DNA of 64,000 bases from Eledone cirrhosa. Taxonomy: Eukaryota. Of the stretch, positions 41,332 through 53,791 are shown in pieces; the stretch's first letter is position 1, and the number at the start of each line of letters is the position of its first letter. The translations under genes were made by a program, and so were the position numbers. The stretch is from positions 13,516,001-13,580,000 of the forward strand of contig OZ024751.1 in assembly GCA_964016885.1 (NCBI GenBank), read 5' to 3'. Below the pieces are notes generated by a model, which was not told the DNA's origin, made no database searches, and saw nothing but the letters and a program-made list of their open reading frames with translations.

Positions 41332-41474
41332 AGGAACGAGTAGGACCCCGACGGCTGAGCTCAAGCCGTTTCGACGGCTAATTCTGGACTAAAATTACCC
41401 ACTCTACTACCCTAAGTATTGAGTACTTTGGTGTGTTATGGTCCACCTGGTTCCTTACCACATTTCCTTCGTTA
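41332..41474 (+). mobile_element. Penelope-like terminus family X, inverted arm joined directly to tail
   Basis: Inverted AGGAACGAG...GGACTAAA followed by sense ATTACCCACTCTACT...CTTCGTTA. Confidence 0.75.
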
Positions 41475-41499
41475 CATACATACATACATACATACTTAC

Positions 41500-41530
<31 letters not shown>

Positions 41531-41555
41531 CATACATCTATATACATACATATAT

Positions 41556-42460
41556 GGTGGCTGCCAACTCGTTTTCGTGTACGGCCACTACTTTATATCC
41601 ATGTAGGAGAACCCCTACCGATGCGCTGAACGAGTGTGACATTTTAGTCTAGCCAGCGACTTGAAAACTCTGGTACCAACACTACACTTGTGACAATTAC
41701 TGACACATAGTGCTGGGCCCATGGTACCATGTGACGACAAGTTCAGAGAGATCTCCAGATATAAAGCAACGCCTGTGCCGTGAAGCCTTTATGGTGAGCA
41801 GAGGCACTGCACAAAGCCAGTGCCACTCTCTTAACCAAGATGATATTTACTAAAAAGAAGAACAAGTCAACATCATTGGATACCATCAGGGTTGCAGGTG
41901 TTATATCAGAGTTTTCCTTCTCCTAGAATTCTGCCTTGACAAAGGCTAAGGGGTCATCTCTCCCGGTGATTTTGGATGACTATTGACTCTGAAGAGCTCC
42001 TTTGCCCTTTGACAGGTTTTGTTTTTAGTCCTGCAGGATGTCCAAAGTCACCCTCCTCACCAAGAAACCTTGGTTGAGGTTGCCAGTTTAGTCGCCAACG
42101 ACCCGACCATGAGACAGGTTGTACTGGGATCCATGTTACCAGTAGCACCAACACATGGTGGCTGCCAACTCGTTTTCGAGTACGGCCACTACTTTATATC
42201 CATGTAAGAGAACCCCTACCGACGAGCTGAACGAGTGTGAATTTTTAGTCCAGCCAGCGACTTGAAAACTCTGGTACAAACACTACACTTGTGACAATTA
42301 TTGACACATAGTTCTGGGCCCATGGTAACATGTGATGACAAGTGCAGAGAGATCTCCAGATATAAAGCAATGCCTGTGCTGTGAAGCTTTTATAGTGAGC
42401 CAAGGCACTGCACAAAGCCAGTCCCACTCTCTTAACCAAGATGATATTTACCAAAAAGAA
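41556..42460 (-). mobile_element. family R non-autonomous RTE-type element, head-to-tail 1.5-mer
   Basis: Unit 41556-42154 is followed by a partial second unit 42156-42460; both match 60261-60875. Confidence 0.85.
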
Positions 42461-42973
42461 TAACACATACATACATGCATACATACATACATACATGCAT
42501 GCGTATACACATACTTATATACATGCATACATACATACATGCATGCGTATACACATACTTATATACATGCATGCATACATACATGCATACATATATACAT
42601 GCGTATACACATACTTATATACATGCATACATATATACATGCGTATACACATACTTATATACATGCATACATATATACATGCGTATACACATACTTATAT
42701 ACATGCATACATATATATATATATACATATATCCATACACGCACATAAATGCTTATGTGCATATATAAATACATAAATGCTTATGTATATATATAAATAC
42801 ATAATATACATACATTCACATATATACATACATAGATAAATACATACGTATATATGTATAGATAAAAACATACATATATATATATGTATATATAAATACA
42901 TACACACAAACAAATATACACACATATATACAAATACACACGTACATACATACATAATTATAAATACATACCC

Positions 42974-43093
<120 letters not shown>

Positions 43094-43296
43094 CTTTTTA
43101 CAAAATGTTTTTTTTTTACATTTCAGGTAGACGCCAGCCTTCATCCACGTTTCTAAAAAACAAATCATACACAAAACGCCAGCACCAAGAGATGTCAACA
43201 TGAATGGACCTGTTATTTTTATCTAAAGACATTTTTTCTAATTTTTCCCCAATTCCATCCCGCCCGTCCCCTTAATCTATTTTATTTCTCATTCTT

Positions 43297-43332
43297 TCTT
43301 CTGATGAAGGATTACCGTCTGAAACGTTAAGA
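43297..43332 (+). ncRNA. minimal type I hammerhead ribozyme (family Z terminus ~43185-43410)
   Basis: TCTT-CTGATGA-AGGATTACCGTCT-GAAA-CG-TT-AAGA; palindromic mini stem III (ACGT). Confidence 0.65.
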
Positions 43333-43664
43333 CCCTCGTCCTGCTATATCAAGCGTTAACCTAATATATACCTTCCATAAACTGTACCGATTCTGTTTAC
43401 CTTTTACATACACATGTATGTACATATATATATACATAAATAAATAAATATTTATATACATACATTCAAACCTATATATATGTGTGTGTGTTTATTCCTA
43501 TATACGGTACTTGGTGCCATATAAGACACCATTTTTCCCCCAAAAAATCGTTAAAGTATATCAAGTCTTTCTACTTGAAATTGGGAGACTGATAGACTAA
43601 TAGTTTCTCTTGATATTCCCTGTTAATATATCAGCAAACATGGTGTGTATATATATATATATAT

Positions 43665-43759
43665 AGGAAAATGTTTGACCCCGACGGCAGAGCTCAAGCC
43701 GTTTCGACTACTCTGGTGCGTTATGGTCCATCTGGTTCCTTACCACACCTCCTTCGTTA
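43665..43759 (+). mobile_element. Penelope-like terminus family X, inverted arm plus partial tail
   Basis: Inverted AGGAAAATG...CCGTTTCGAC joined to TACTCTGGTGCG...CTTCGTTA; (TA)n flanks. Confidence 0.7.
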
Positions 43760-43867
43760 TATATATATAATAGAAAAAACGAGGAAGTTTCGTTTACATA
43801 TGAAAGATATTTATTGCGTATCGACCTGTTACGCGCGTTTCGCAGAGAATTGGCTCAAAGTGACCTA

Positions 43868-43903
<36 letters not shown>

Positions 43904-43910
43904 CCTACAC

Positions 43911-43941
<31 letters not shown>

Positions 43942-44063
43942 AAAACAATACATATAATATATACATAATACATATAACATAATACATTTTATATATATAT
44001 TCATATATTTGTATGTATATGCATATAAATATATACATATGTGTATAAGGATATACATATATA

Positions 44064-44106
<43 letters not shown>

Positions 44107-44506
44107 TCATTTTTCATTCATGGGACAATATATATATATATTTCATTTGTTTATTTTTTATGTTTTCATTTATTTATATATATATAGTGTGTGCGTGTGC
44201 GTGTGCGTGTGCGTGTGCGTGTGTGCGTGTGCGTGTGCGTGTGTGTGTGTGTGATCACCCCCACTTTTATCATGATTGAGTAAATATTAAAGGAAAACCA
44301 TACCATTTGTATGCTTGCCACAGAAGAGTTGTGAGATATTTACCTGAACGTGTCATAATAATGTAACAATTTTCACAGTCTATAGATTGGGAGTTAAAGC
44401 TTTTCAGATTTCACCTTGCTTGTTTGCAGACCAGAGCCTGGCTGACCTGTGTTTTATATATAGGTACATACAGACATATTTGTATAGAGATTTTCGTCTC
44501 TCTCAC

Positions 44507-44558
<52 letters not shown>

Positions 44559-44682
44559 GGAGGTGAGTTTTATTGTAGTACAATAAAGCAATGCAGATAT
44601 GGGATAAGAAGCACTCTACAGTTTGTAGGACTGGAGTATACATAATATATAAGAACAAAAGATGGTTAAAAGAGTTCCATGT

Positions 44683-44751
44683 ATTTTATTATGCGCATTT
44701 CAAAAACAAATATCATCATGCAATAATATTTGTGTTTTCATCAGATAAAAC
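44683..44751 (-). ncRNA. type I hammerhead ribozyme
   Basis: Minus: GTTTTAT-CTGATGA-AAACACAAATAT...ATATTTGTTTTT-GAAA-TGCGCA-TA-ATAAAAT. Confidence 0.8.
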
Positions 44752-44850
44752 AGGAGGACATGATATGAAGGTTAAAAAACACTTGTGGATATGTTGATTT
44801 AAAACTGAACTATCCACAAGTGTTTTTTAACCTTCATATCATGTCCTCCT

Positions 44851-44919
44851 GTTTTATCTGATGAAAACACAAATATTATTGCATGATGATATTTGTTTTT
44901 GATATGCGCATAATAAAAT
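44851..44919 (+). ncRNA. hammerhead copy with core mutation (GAAA>GATA)
   Basis: Identical to the opposite arm except GATA at 44901-44904. Confidence 0.6.
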
Positions 44920-44950
44920 ACATGGAACTCTTTTAACCATCTTTTGTTCT

Positions 44951-44995
<45 letters not shown>

Positions 44996-45168
44996 CCCCC
45001 CACACACACACACACACTCTCAAGCGTGAAACTAATACTAATAACATTTGTACTGCCTCTCTGTTTTTTGTTCTCTGTTCATTTATTAAACTATATATGT
45101 ATATATATAATGTTTAATATAGAAATGAATTCTACAGGACTAGAACTGTTTCATTCGAAGGAAATCAT

Positions 45169-45215
45169 CTTCCTGATGATTTCCTTCGAATGAAACAGTT
45201 CTCGTCCTGTAGAAG
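45169..45215 (+). ncRNA. type I hammerhead ribozyme (family Y, within 40 bp palindrome 45130-45214)
   Basis: CTTC-CTGATGA-TTTC CTTC GAAT-GAAA-CAG TTCTCGTC CTG-TA-GAAG; stems I and III pair, stem II is weak. Confidence 0.65.
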
Positions 45216-45519
45216 CCACTCCTATACTCTGCTATCTATTGAGTACCTTACTTACTGTGGTTACCTCCGATTGAACCCGGGACACACACACATATTTGTG
45301 TGTGTATATATATGTGTGTGTTTGTGTGTCCAGATTCAATAGGTGGTAACTACAGTAAGGTGTTCAGTACATAGGAGAGAGAGGGAGAGAGAGAGAGAGA
45401 GACGGTTTAAGCTTGACAGTAGGGCTTACGTTTTGTTAATATAATACCTACGCTTTACTTCCTTTAAAGTTTGTAGCATTATGTTGAATAATGGTCTTGT
45501 TAATCTCCATTACTAATAT

Positions 45520-46000
45520 ATATAGAGAGAGAGAGACTGACAGAGAGAGAGAGAGAGACTGACAGGGAGAAAGAGAGACTGAGAGAGAGAGAGAGACTGA
45601 CAGGGAGAAAGAGAGACTGACAGGGAGAAAGAGAGAGACTGAGAGAGAGAGAGACTGAGAGAGAGACTGAGAGAGAGAGATACTGAGAGAGAGAGAGAGA
45701 CAGAGAGAGAGACAGAGAGAGAGAGACAGAGAGAGAGACAGAGAGAGAGAGAGAGACCAACAGACAGAGAGAGAGACCAACAGACAGAGAGAGAGACCAA
45801 CAGACAGAGAGAGAGACCAACAGACAGAGAGAGAGAGACCAACAGACAGAGAGAGAGACCAACAGACAGAGAGAGAGAGAGAGACCAACAGGCAGAGAGA
45901 GAGAGAGAGACCAACAGGCAGAGAGAGAGAGAGAGACCAAGAGAGAGAGAGAGAGACCAAGAGAGAGAGAGAGACCAAGAGAGAGAGAGAGAGAGAGACT
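45520..46000. repeat. compound (AG)n minisatellite with ACTGAC and ACCAACAG spacers
   Basis: Direct reading. Confidence 0.9.
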
Positions 46001-46231
46001 GGATGTTCTATAGATAGACGACAAAAAAAAAAGAAAATTTTGTGTCAAAAATGTTGAAAGCAACGTGTAGTTGTTTTATATGTGAAATAATGGAATGGTC
46101 TGGACAGCGTTCTTTAACGAATTATATTGGAATATTGTATTTTATTTGTAGATATGGTTCTGTAAACATACATTCCGACACCAACCCACATACACAGGCG
46201 TACGTACACACACACACACACACACACATGT

Positions 46232-46492
46232 GGAGGCACGTGGCCTAGTGGTAAGGTTATTGGACTTACGATCATAATGTCCTGGGTTCGATTCCTGGGT
46301 TGCGTGTTGTCTTCTTGTGTAAAACACTTCATTTCACGTTGCTCCAATATACTCAGTAATGAGTATGGAGCAACGTGAAAATTAGTACTGGCAAAAGCTG
46401 GGGGGGGGGTTAACCTTACGATGGACTGGTGTCCTCTCCAGGGGGAAGTCTTGTACTCTGTCGCTTCACGACATGAAACCGTGATAAGCCTT
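46232..46492 (+). mobile_element. tRNA-derived SINE (family C)
   Basis: A box TGGCCTAGTGG, B box GGGTTCGATTCC; body matches the reverse complement of 47690-47885. Confidence 0.85.
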
Positions 46493-46626
46493 CAGAACCT
46501 TCAAACAGACAGACAGACAGACAGTGTGTGTGTGTGTGTGTAAAAGGTAAACAGATATAACAACACAATCGGTACAGTATATGGAAGGGATATATTAGGT
46601 TAACGCTTGATATAGCATGAAGAGGG

Positions 46627-46661
46627 TCTTACGTTTCGGACGCTAGTCCTTCATCAGAAGA
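46627..46661 (-). ncRNA. minimal hammerhead ribozyme (family Z terminus ~46545-46765)
   Basis: Minus: TCTT-CTGATGA-A-GGA CTAGCG TCC-GAAA-CG-TA-AGA. Confidence 0.6.
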
Positions 46662-46868
46662 AAGAATGAGAAATAAGATAGATTGAGGGGACGGGCGGGA
46701 TGGAATCGGAAAAAATGTCTTTAGATAAAAATAACAGGTCCATTCATGTTGACATCTCTTGCAAATCTGTGTGTGAGTATATATATATATATAACAAAGG
46801 AATTGTGGTAAGGAACCAGATGGACCATAACGCACCAGAGTACTCAATACTTAAGGTAGTAGAGTGGG

Positions 46869-46922
<54 letters not shown>

Positions 46923-46928
46923 CACACA

Positions 46929-47019
46929 CAGGATATCCATAAAAAATGTATACACAAAGGCTGTGCATTCTAATAAGTATTACAGGTATTCAAAGTGGGT
47001 ATACATTTTTTGGACACCC

Positions 47020-47021
<2 letters not shown>
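46929..47021. mobile_element. tiny Tc1/mariner-type MITE
   Basis: Imperfect TIRs CAGGATATCCATAAAAAATGTATAC / GTATACATTTTTTGGACACCCT; same family as 50547-50623. Confidence 0.6.
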
Positions 47022-47051
<30 letters not shown>

Positions 47052-47110
47052 TACAAACGAATCGAATATTATTAATATTCAAAAATCTCAGATTTACATT
47101 TCTATACACG

Positions 47111-47153
<43 letters not shown>

Positions 47154-47689
47154 GATATTTTTGAACGTTGGATACGTTAATGATATAAATATATATCTTT
47201 ATTAAAATATTTTGAGTGCTCGTTTAAAACTGTTCTCTCGTACTCTGGCACAACGTGAGTGTGGGGGACGGGGTAGTTAAAACGTGTCTATGTTTTCTTT
47301 TCATATTTTTTTTTTTATTAACGATATTTCCAGCTTCTTTCTCTTTTGTATGAGCCTCTAGGATTTTGTTTGAAACAATAAAAATCCTAAATCCTTCATG
47401 AGAGTTTCTAGACTTTCAGAGTATCATCATCAGTTTTGTAAAATTGTGTTTTCTTCTCTAAATTGAATTTAATTACATTTTGTCGAACGCAGCGAATTTC
47501 CAGAGCTATTAGGGTGTCAGGTTAAAAATGATTCGATATTTGGTCCGGCTCACTGCCATCTGAGTTTAAATCCAAAGAATTACAGTTAATTCTGCAGATC
47601 CAGAACCTGACTAGGACCTATTTTTGAGAAGTGGCAACTAAATAAATGCAAAGTTTAAAGTCTGCCATAAGCCAGAATGTTCGTTAGGC

Positions 47690-47885
47690 CGGTGTTTATC
47701 CCGGTTTCATGGCCTGAAGCGACTGAGAGTACAAGACTACCCCTGAACAGGACGCCAGTGTATCGCAGGGTTAAACCCCCAGCTATTTCTGGTACTAATT
47801 TTCAGCTGAGTATAATGGAACAACGTGAATTGAAGTGTTTTTCTCAAGAATACAACACGGAAATCAGCCCAGGAATCGAACCCGC
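47690..47885 (-). mobile_element. tRNA-derived SINE (family C) whose head is replaced by a B-box array
   Basis: Reverse complement aligns with 46275-46490. Confidence 0.8.
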
Positions 47886-48504
47886 GCAAGAATCAAACCC
47901 AGCCCAGGAATCAAACCCAGTCCAGGAATCAAACCCAGTCCAGGAATCAAACCCAGCGCAGGAATCAAACCAGCCCAGGAATCAAACCCAGTCCAGGAAT
48001 CGAACCCAGTCCAGGAATCAAACCCGTCGCAGGTTTCAAACCCAGCCCAGGAATCAAACCCAGCCCAGGAATCAAACCCAGCCCAGGAATCAAACCCAGC
48101 CCAGGAATCAAACCCAGCGCAGGAATCAAACCAGCCCAGGAATCAAACCAGCCCAGGAATCGAACCCAGTCCAGGAATCAAACCCGTCGCAGGTTTCAAA
48201 CCCAACCCAGGAATCAAACCCAGCCCAGGAATCAAACCCAGCCCAGGAATCAAACCCAGCCCAGGAATCAAACCAGCCCAGGAATCGAACCCAGTCCAGG
48301 AATCAAACCCGTCGCAGGTTTCAAACCCAGCCCAGGAATCGAACCCAGCCCAGATATCAAACCCAGCGCCGGAATCAAACCAGCCCAGGAATCGAACCCA
48401 GTCCAGGAATCAATCCAGCCCAGGAATCGAACCCAGTCCAGGAATCTAACCCACGCGGGAATCGAACCCAGTCCAGGAATCTAACCCACGCGGGAATCGA
48501 ACCC
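47865..48504 (-). repeat. 17-18 bp tandem array (~35 units) of SINE B-box sequence
   Basis: Unit CCAGGAATC(A/G)AACCCAG(C/T); the minus strand reads GGGTT(C/T)GATTCCTGG. Confidence 0.92.
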
Positions 48505-48744
48505 AAACTAAATAAATGCCACAGATTATTTTGTTCGATGCTCTACCTATTTCCCCAACCCACAGCCTCTTGCCCTCACAAAAACATTAAGTTCTGTTAA
48601 GGGTTCTTCCATCACATATGGCCCACATCAGTTAGTATGTTTCTCACTCACGCTTGCTTTCAGAAAAAGAAAAAATCCTTATCTTTCTCTACAAAATATA
48701 CACCCAATCTTTATCTATTTTATTATTTCAATTTAGGTTCATTT

Positions 48745-49280
48745 GTTATTGTTGTAGTAGTTGTTGTTGATATGGTGTTGTTGTTGTTGCTGTTTGTTGT
48801 TGATGTGGTGTTGTTGTTGTTGCTGTTTGTTGTTGATATGGTGTTGTTGTTGTTGCTGTTTGTTGTTGATATGGCGTTGTTGTGGTTGTTGCTGCTTTGT
48901 TGTTGCTGTTTGTTGTTCTGACATGGAAGGGGGAGAAAGAAAGAGGGAGAAAGAAAGAAAGAGAGAGAGGGGACGAGAGAGAGAGGGGACGAGAGGGGGG
49001 TGGGGGCGTGAGAGAGAGTGGGTGAGAGAGAGTGGGTGAGAGAGAGAGTGGGTGAGAGAGAGAGGGCGTGAGAGAGAGGGGGTTAGAGAGAGAGGGGGGT
49101 TAGAGAGAGAGGGGGGTTAGAGAGAGAGGGGGTGAGAGAGAGAGGGGGTGAGAGTGAGAGGGGTGAGAGAGCGAGAGAGGGGTGAGAGAGCGAGAGAGGG
49201 GTGAGAGAGAGAGAGAGGGGTGAGAGAGAGAGAGAGGGGTGAGAGAGAGAGAGAGGGGTGAGAGAGAGAGGGGGAGAGAG
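48745..49280. repeat. 30 bp (GTT)-based minisatellite followed by (GA)n/GGGGT repeats
   Basis: Direct reading. Confidence 0.85.
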
Positions 49281-49587
49281 CATGGTAGGTGTGAAAGTGA
49301 GATACAGATTTATTTATTTTCTCTTGTGCATGCAAAACTAACACTCATTCCCCGCCCCTTCTGTCTCTCTCTAACGGACATACAAATACCCACACAGACT
49401 TTCTCACTCTTGCATATACTCTCTCTCTCTCTCTCATATAATATATATATATATATATATATTTAATGCGATGTAATATCAATGATGGTTGGCAAATCAT
49501 TGACGAGGGACTATTTTTATCATATGTAACCCATGTGCAACCACGCAGTATTCTTCTTTCTTCTCATGTTTTTTATATATATTATTA

Positions 49588-49770
49588 TGGGATTGGCAGT
49601 ATCGGTAGAGAGTCGGACGCCATGCTTTCCAGCATAGTTACGTTTCTTTACGATCTGAGTTCAAATCCCGCCGAGGTTGACTTTGCCTTTCATCCTTACG
49701 GGGTCGATAAAATAAAGTACCAGTAATGCACTGGGTATTTGCTGGCCTTGTGCCTAAAGTAGAAACAATT
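49588..49770 (+). mobile_element. SINE family A, near full length
   Basis: Matches the family A consensus. Confidence 0.92.
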
Positions 49771-49948
49771 ATATATATATATATATATATAAAATTAGAA
49801 TCTTACTTCTCGCTCTAGCACAGCTGATACATATATATAAGTATGCCTACATACACACACACTTATATATACATATGTATGTATATATGTGTGTACGTGT
49901 GTGTGTGTGTGTACGTGTGTGTGTGTGTGTACGTGTGTGTGTGTGTGT

Positions 49949-49987
<39 letters not shown>

Positions 49988-50160
49988 TGTGTGTACGTGT
50001 GTGTACGTGTGTGTACGTGTGTGTACGTGTGTGTGTGTGTGTGCGTGTCTATATATATATATAAATAATTATATCTTACAGTTGTGTAAGTGTTTCAATA
50101 TATGGATATTTTTTCAAATGTATCCTCAATAAACAATGCATTCTACATTATTATCTATTA

Positions 50161-50255
50161 GTCAACTTTGCCTTTCATCCTTACGGGGTCGATAAAATAA
50201 AGTAGCAGTAATGTACTGGGTAATTGCTGGCCTTGCGTCACAAAGTAGAAATAAT
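50161..50255 (+). mobile_element. SINE family A 3' fragment
   Basis: GTCAACTTTGCCTTTCATCC...AAAGTAGAAA. Confidence 0.85.
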
Positions 50256-50546
50256 TATCTATTAGTTTTTAAATTGGAGATTTCTAGAAATCTCTCTTGG
50301 CAACTTGTGTATGTGTGTGTGTTTGTGCATGCTTGTATGGGGGAAGCTTGTGAGGGGAACTTGTGAATGTGTGTGCTATGTGTGTGTGTGGGGGGGGGGG
50401 CTTTACGGTTTACTGTTGATGATAATGTGTCCACAGAGGGTGATACAATAGAAATGAAATACACTGCCACATTGAATTAATTACTATATTTAGCTTGAAA
50501 CTAATAAATAGCTTGGGTTCAAATCAAATTGCCGACAACGACATAA

Positions 50547-50623
50547 AGGGTGTCCCCCAAAAATGTATACAAACTTCAACAGCATTCTAATAAATATATG
50601 TATGCATTTTGTGGAGACACCCT
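50547..50623. mobile_element. tiny Tc1/mariner-type MITE
   Basis: TIRs AGGGTGTCCCCCAAAAATGTATAC / GTATGCATTTTGTGGAGACACCCT with TA adjacent. Confidence 0.6.
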
Positions 50624-50692
50624 TACATACCAGTAATATACTAACGAAAGGCGGCGAATGGGCGGAGTCGTTAGGATGTAGTATAAAACCCA

Positions 50693-50870
50693 CGATGGTG
50701 AATTAACTGAGACAGTAGAACGTCGGATAGAATGCCTTGCGGTGTTCGTTTCGGCTCTTTGCCCTCTGGGTTCAAATCCCGCAGAGGTCAACTTTGTCTT
50801 TCATCCACTTGAGGTTGATAAAAAAAAAAAAAAAAATTTTTTAAATACCAGCCAAGTACTGGGTTCGATT
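50693..50870 (+). mobile_element. older SINE related to family A
   Basis: GGGTTCAAATCCCGCAGAGGTCAACTTTGTCTTTCATCC...GATAAAA...TACCAG..AGTACTGGG. Confidence 0.7.
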
Positions 50871-50984
50871 CTGCCTCTGTATCTCTCTCTCACTCTCTAT
50901 ATCCTTTTCTGGAAGAAATCTGCTGTATTCAGTCATGGAAAAGGGATGGGCTCCACCCGTTTTTTAAAATGCCCAAGAAACATC

Positions 50985-51245
50985 GTGCGTTAATACGTGA
51001 CAACTGGAGCCAGTACGCCTCCCTCGACCGTGGTGACGGCAAAGGCTCCGACAGAATTACCCTCTTCCCTTTCGAAGAAGGTAAATCCCTCATCTGGGAC
51101 GCGACATGATGTAACACCTTCTCCGCATCCAGCTTAGTCACGTTGGTCACAAACCCCGGTACCAGGGCTCGCAATGCATAGGATAGGAAGACAAGAAAAT
51201 GCCGGAGCTTGACCAGCCGATTCCTCTTTTACAGCGGTCGCCGGA
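50985..51245 (+). pseudogene. CRE-like non-LTR retrotransposon restriction-like endonuclease fragment
   Basis: SLDRGDGKGSDRITLFPFEEGKSLIWDAT*CNTFSASSL...PG..A.NA*DRK..K...L..RF.F resembles the RGDGKRPDG.T..P...GK.L.WD.T...AE..K..KY motif; contains stops. Confidence 0.75.
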
Positions 51246-51279
51246 CAGCTGACCTCCTCCTCCTCCTCCATAAAATCGA

Positions 51280-52110
51280 ATCGATAGCAACCTGTCTGAG
51301 GAAGACCAAGGTAAAAGTGTATGCCGCATATGTACTGTCAGCATTGCTGTATGCGTGTGAGACATGGGTTGCCTGCAAACAATATATGAAAAGACTGGAA
51401 CGATTTCACCAGCAGTGTCTCAGAAAGATGCTCGGTATCAAGTGGCAGATGCATGTCAGTGATGTTGAGGTCCTTGAAGGAAGTGAGTGTCGGAGCATTG
51501 AAAGTATCATACACCAACGACCTTTGCGATGGACCGGACACCTCTGCAGAATGAAGGACGATCGAAACCCGAAACAACGTTTGTATGGCGAGCTTTGTAA
51601 AGGGAAGAGACCACCTCACACGCCAAAGCTCCGATTCAAAGATTGTGTAAAGGATTCATTGAAAAACATTGGTTTCATGGTGGCTGACTGGGAAATAGAA
51701 GCTCTTGAAAGAGAAACTTGGCATGGAATGGTTAATGATGGGGTCCATAATTTTGAGGACAGAGGCATAGAACACGAGAAGATCAAATGGGATGTGCGTA
51801 AGCAATACCCTGGTGTATCTCTCGACACGATCGGTGTCGCCATTGAATTGGTGTGCTCTGAGTGTGGAAAGATTTGCTTGAGAAAATCTGGTTTCAGGAG
51901 CCACAGTCGCAGCCATGTTCAGAGAGAACCAGTGACCTATGATCTACACGGTATTATGAAGGTTCACAGGGAACCTGATGCAACCCCTGAGGCCAGGGAG
52001 ATCCATAGTTGTGCAAGTCTCTAGCAAGCTTGAAAAGCCATATCCGTGTGTCACACATCTTAATCTGACAAGCGATTGCAATACTCTTAGTGTAAGTTTG
52101 CAGCTACCAT
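51280..52110 (+). pseudogene. RTE/BovB-like LINE 3' fragment
   Basis: TKVKVY.AYVLS.LLYACETW...LERFHQQCLRK.LGIKWQ..VSD.EVL...LRW.GH..RM.D.R.PKQ.LYGEL..GKR.....KLRFKD and a C2H2 finger CSECGKIC....G..SH..SH. Confidence 0.92.
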
Positions 52111-52261
52111 CTACACGTATGTAAGAGTATATATAGATGTGCGCATGTCGGTTTATATGTATATGTTTTTCCGTTATAAGATATTCCTTTCTTTTAACTC
52201 AGCCTGACTTTCAATTTTAAATAGCTATCATTTTCAAAATTTATATCCCCAAAACAATTAA

Positions 52262-52330
52262 TTTGTCTGACGAATGAACTAGACGTTTATTGCAACAATC
52301 ATCTAGTTTCTTGAAACCTTCGGTAATGAA
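52262..52330 (+). ncRNA. type I hammerhead ribozyme
   Basis: TTTGT-CTGACGA-ATGAACTAGA...TCTAGTTTCTT-GAAA-CC TTC GG-TA-ATGAA; followed by (TA)n. Confidence 0.7.
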
Positions 52331-52335
52331 ATAGT

Positions 52336-52372
<37 letters not shown>

Positions 52373-52417
52373 GAATTGAACCATCAGCACAGTTGAGATA
52401 TGTCATACATCAATTTA

Positions 52418-52487
52418 TATATTGTATCTGATGAGGACGTACTGAGGAAACAGCACAGTACCTCCGAAATATATATAATAAAATATA
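52418..52487 (+). ncRNA. type I hammerhead ribozyme (family W)
   Basis: TATATTGTAT-CTGATGA-GGACGTACTG...CAGTACCTCC-GAAA-TATATA-TA-ATAAAATATA. Confidence 0.8.
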
Positions 52488-52598
52488 TTTGATTACATGA
52501 ATGTCTATATTTATTAATATTTTGAATTAATATATATATATATATATATATATATCAATGATATTAATAAATGGAAACTATATTTATAAAGCCATATT

Positions 52599-52659
52599 TA
52601 TTCTATTAAATATATTTCAAGGGTACCAACACTTTGGTACGCTCTCATCAGATAAAATA
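52599..52659 (-). ncRNA. type I hammerhead ribozyme in the pLTR downstream of the ORF
   Basis: Minus: TATTTTAT-CTGATGA-GAGCGTACCAA...TTGGTACCCTT-GAAA-TATATT-TA-ATAGAATA. Confidence 0.75.
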
Positions 52660-53791
52660 CAAAGTTTGTTTTATAAATATTGACATATCCAGGAAGGAGA
52701 TCATAACGGTGCAAGTTTTTCCTGGATAGTAAAAGGAAAGATGGGAAAGAGAGGAAAAGTCAAATATGTCAAACTATTAAGATGAATATGCAAATGAGGT
52801 TGAGGTATAGTCTGAAAAAAAACATTATTTTTCGACGCTAGGTAGATTTAAATAATTATTAGGATATATATATTTATGTGTAGGAAGAAGAGAGAGAAAG
52901 AAAGAAAATCTTGTATTTACGTGGATTTAAAAAGAATTAACAGTTTGTAGGAATGGTGGAATATGATTCGAGAATTTAAAAAAAAATATTTAGCTATATT
53001 ATGAGTTATAATATTATATATATAATCAATTAGATTATATGAAGAATTATGGTTGTAAGTAGATTTTATCTTATTATATTGCAACAGGTTGTAAGTATAT
53101 AAATATCTATATAAATTAATAAGTGTGCATGTATAAGTATTATTGGTGATTTTATAGAAATAAAACACACAAATTGTTTACGTTTCTAATATGAGTTACG
53201 AAGGAGTTGATTTTACATAAATATTTAAGAAAAAGACGTAGTTCAAATTGTAAGAGAAGAACAATTTGTAGATTCAAATATGTTCATCCAACATTGAAAA
53301 TGTTTTCAGAACAGTTAATTTGGCGAAATTATATAATTTATCATACAAGTTATCTATGTTTGCTCATTTGTAAAGGAAAAGATAACTCCAATATTATTTG
53401 GTCACCATTAAATTTGATGAATGATTTTCTTAGAGCGTATGTAGAAAAAATTATATATTATTTTGTGTGAGATTATAAGGTACTTTATATTACATGTTTT
53501 TCAAGGATGAGAATTTCTATTATATATTATCTATATCGAAAGATGTGTGAAAAGTTTGAAGATTAAAGAGAGGAAAAATGTATTATTAGATAAGTCAAGA
53601 GTGCATTTAGAAAAACTATCGTAAAGAGGATATCTTTCAGAATGTCAATTAAAGAGTATCAATCTAAATCTAAAAAATAGATTAAGGAGAGTATCATTAG
53701 GAAAAGAATATCAAATGGTAAAAATACTAAATTTAAGAAGAAAGATCATTTAAAAAATTTAAATTTTTTAAAGCAAAACTCAATAAATAAT

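Larger units (their letters stand above)
44642..44960. repeat. 150 bp inverted repeat (one mismatch), Penelope-like terminus family V
   Basis: 44642-44791 versus 44811-44960; single-arm relative at ~59540-59695. Confidence 0.93.

Noticed and set aside
44342-44447. Possible minus-strand exon with a good donor site
   Set aside because: Weak acceptor and stop codons in all three frames.
47677-48600. 307 aa QESNP/RNQT repeat protein
   Set aside because: Its N-terminus is antisense SINE and the repeats are the B-box array; it is open in more than one frame.
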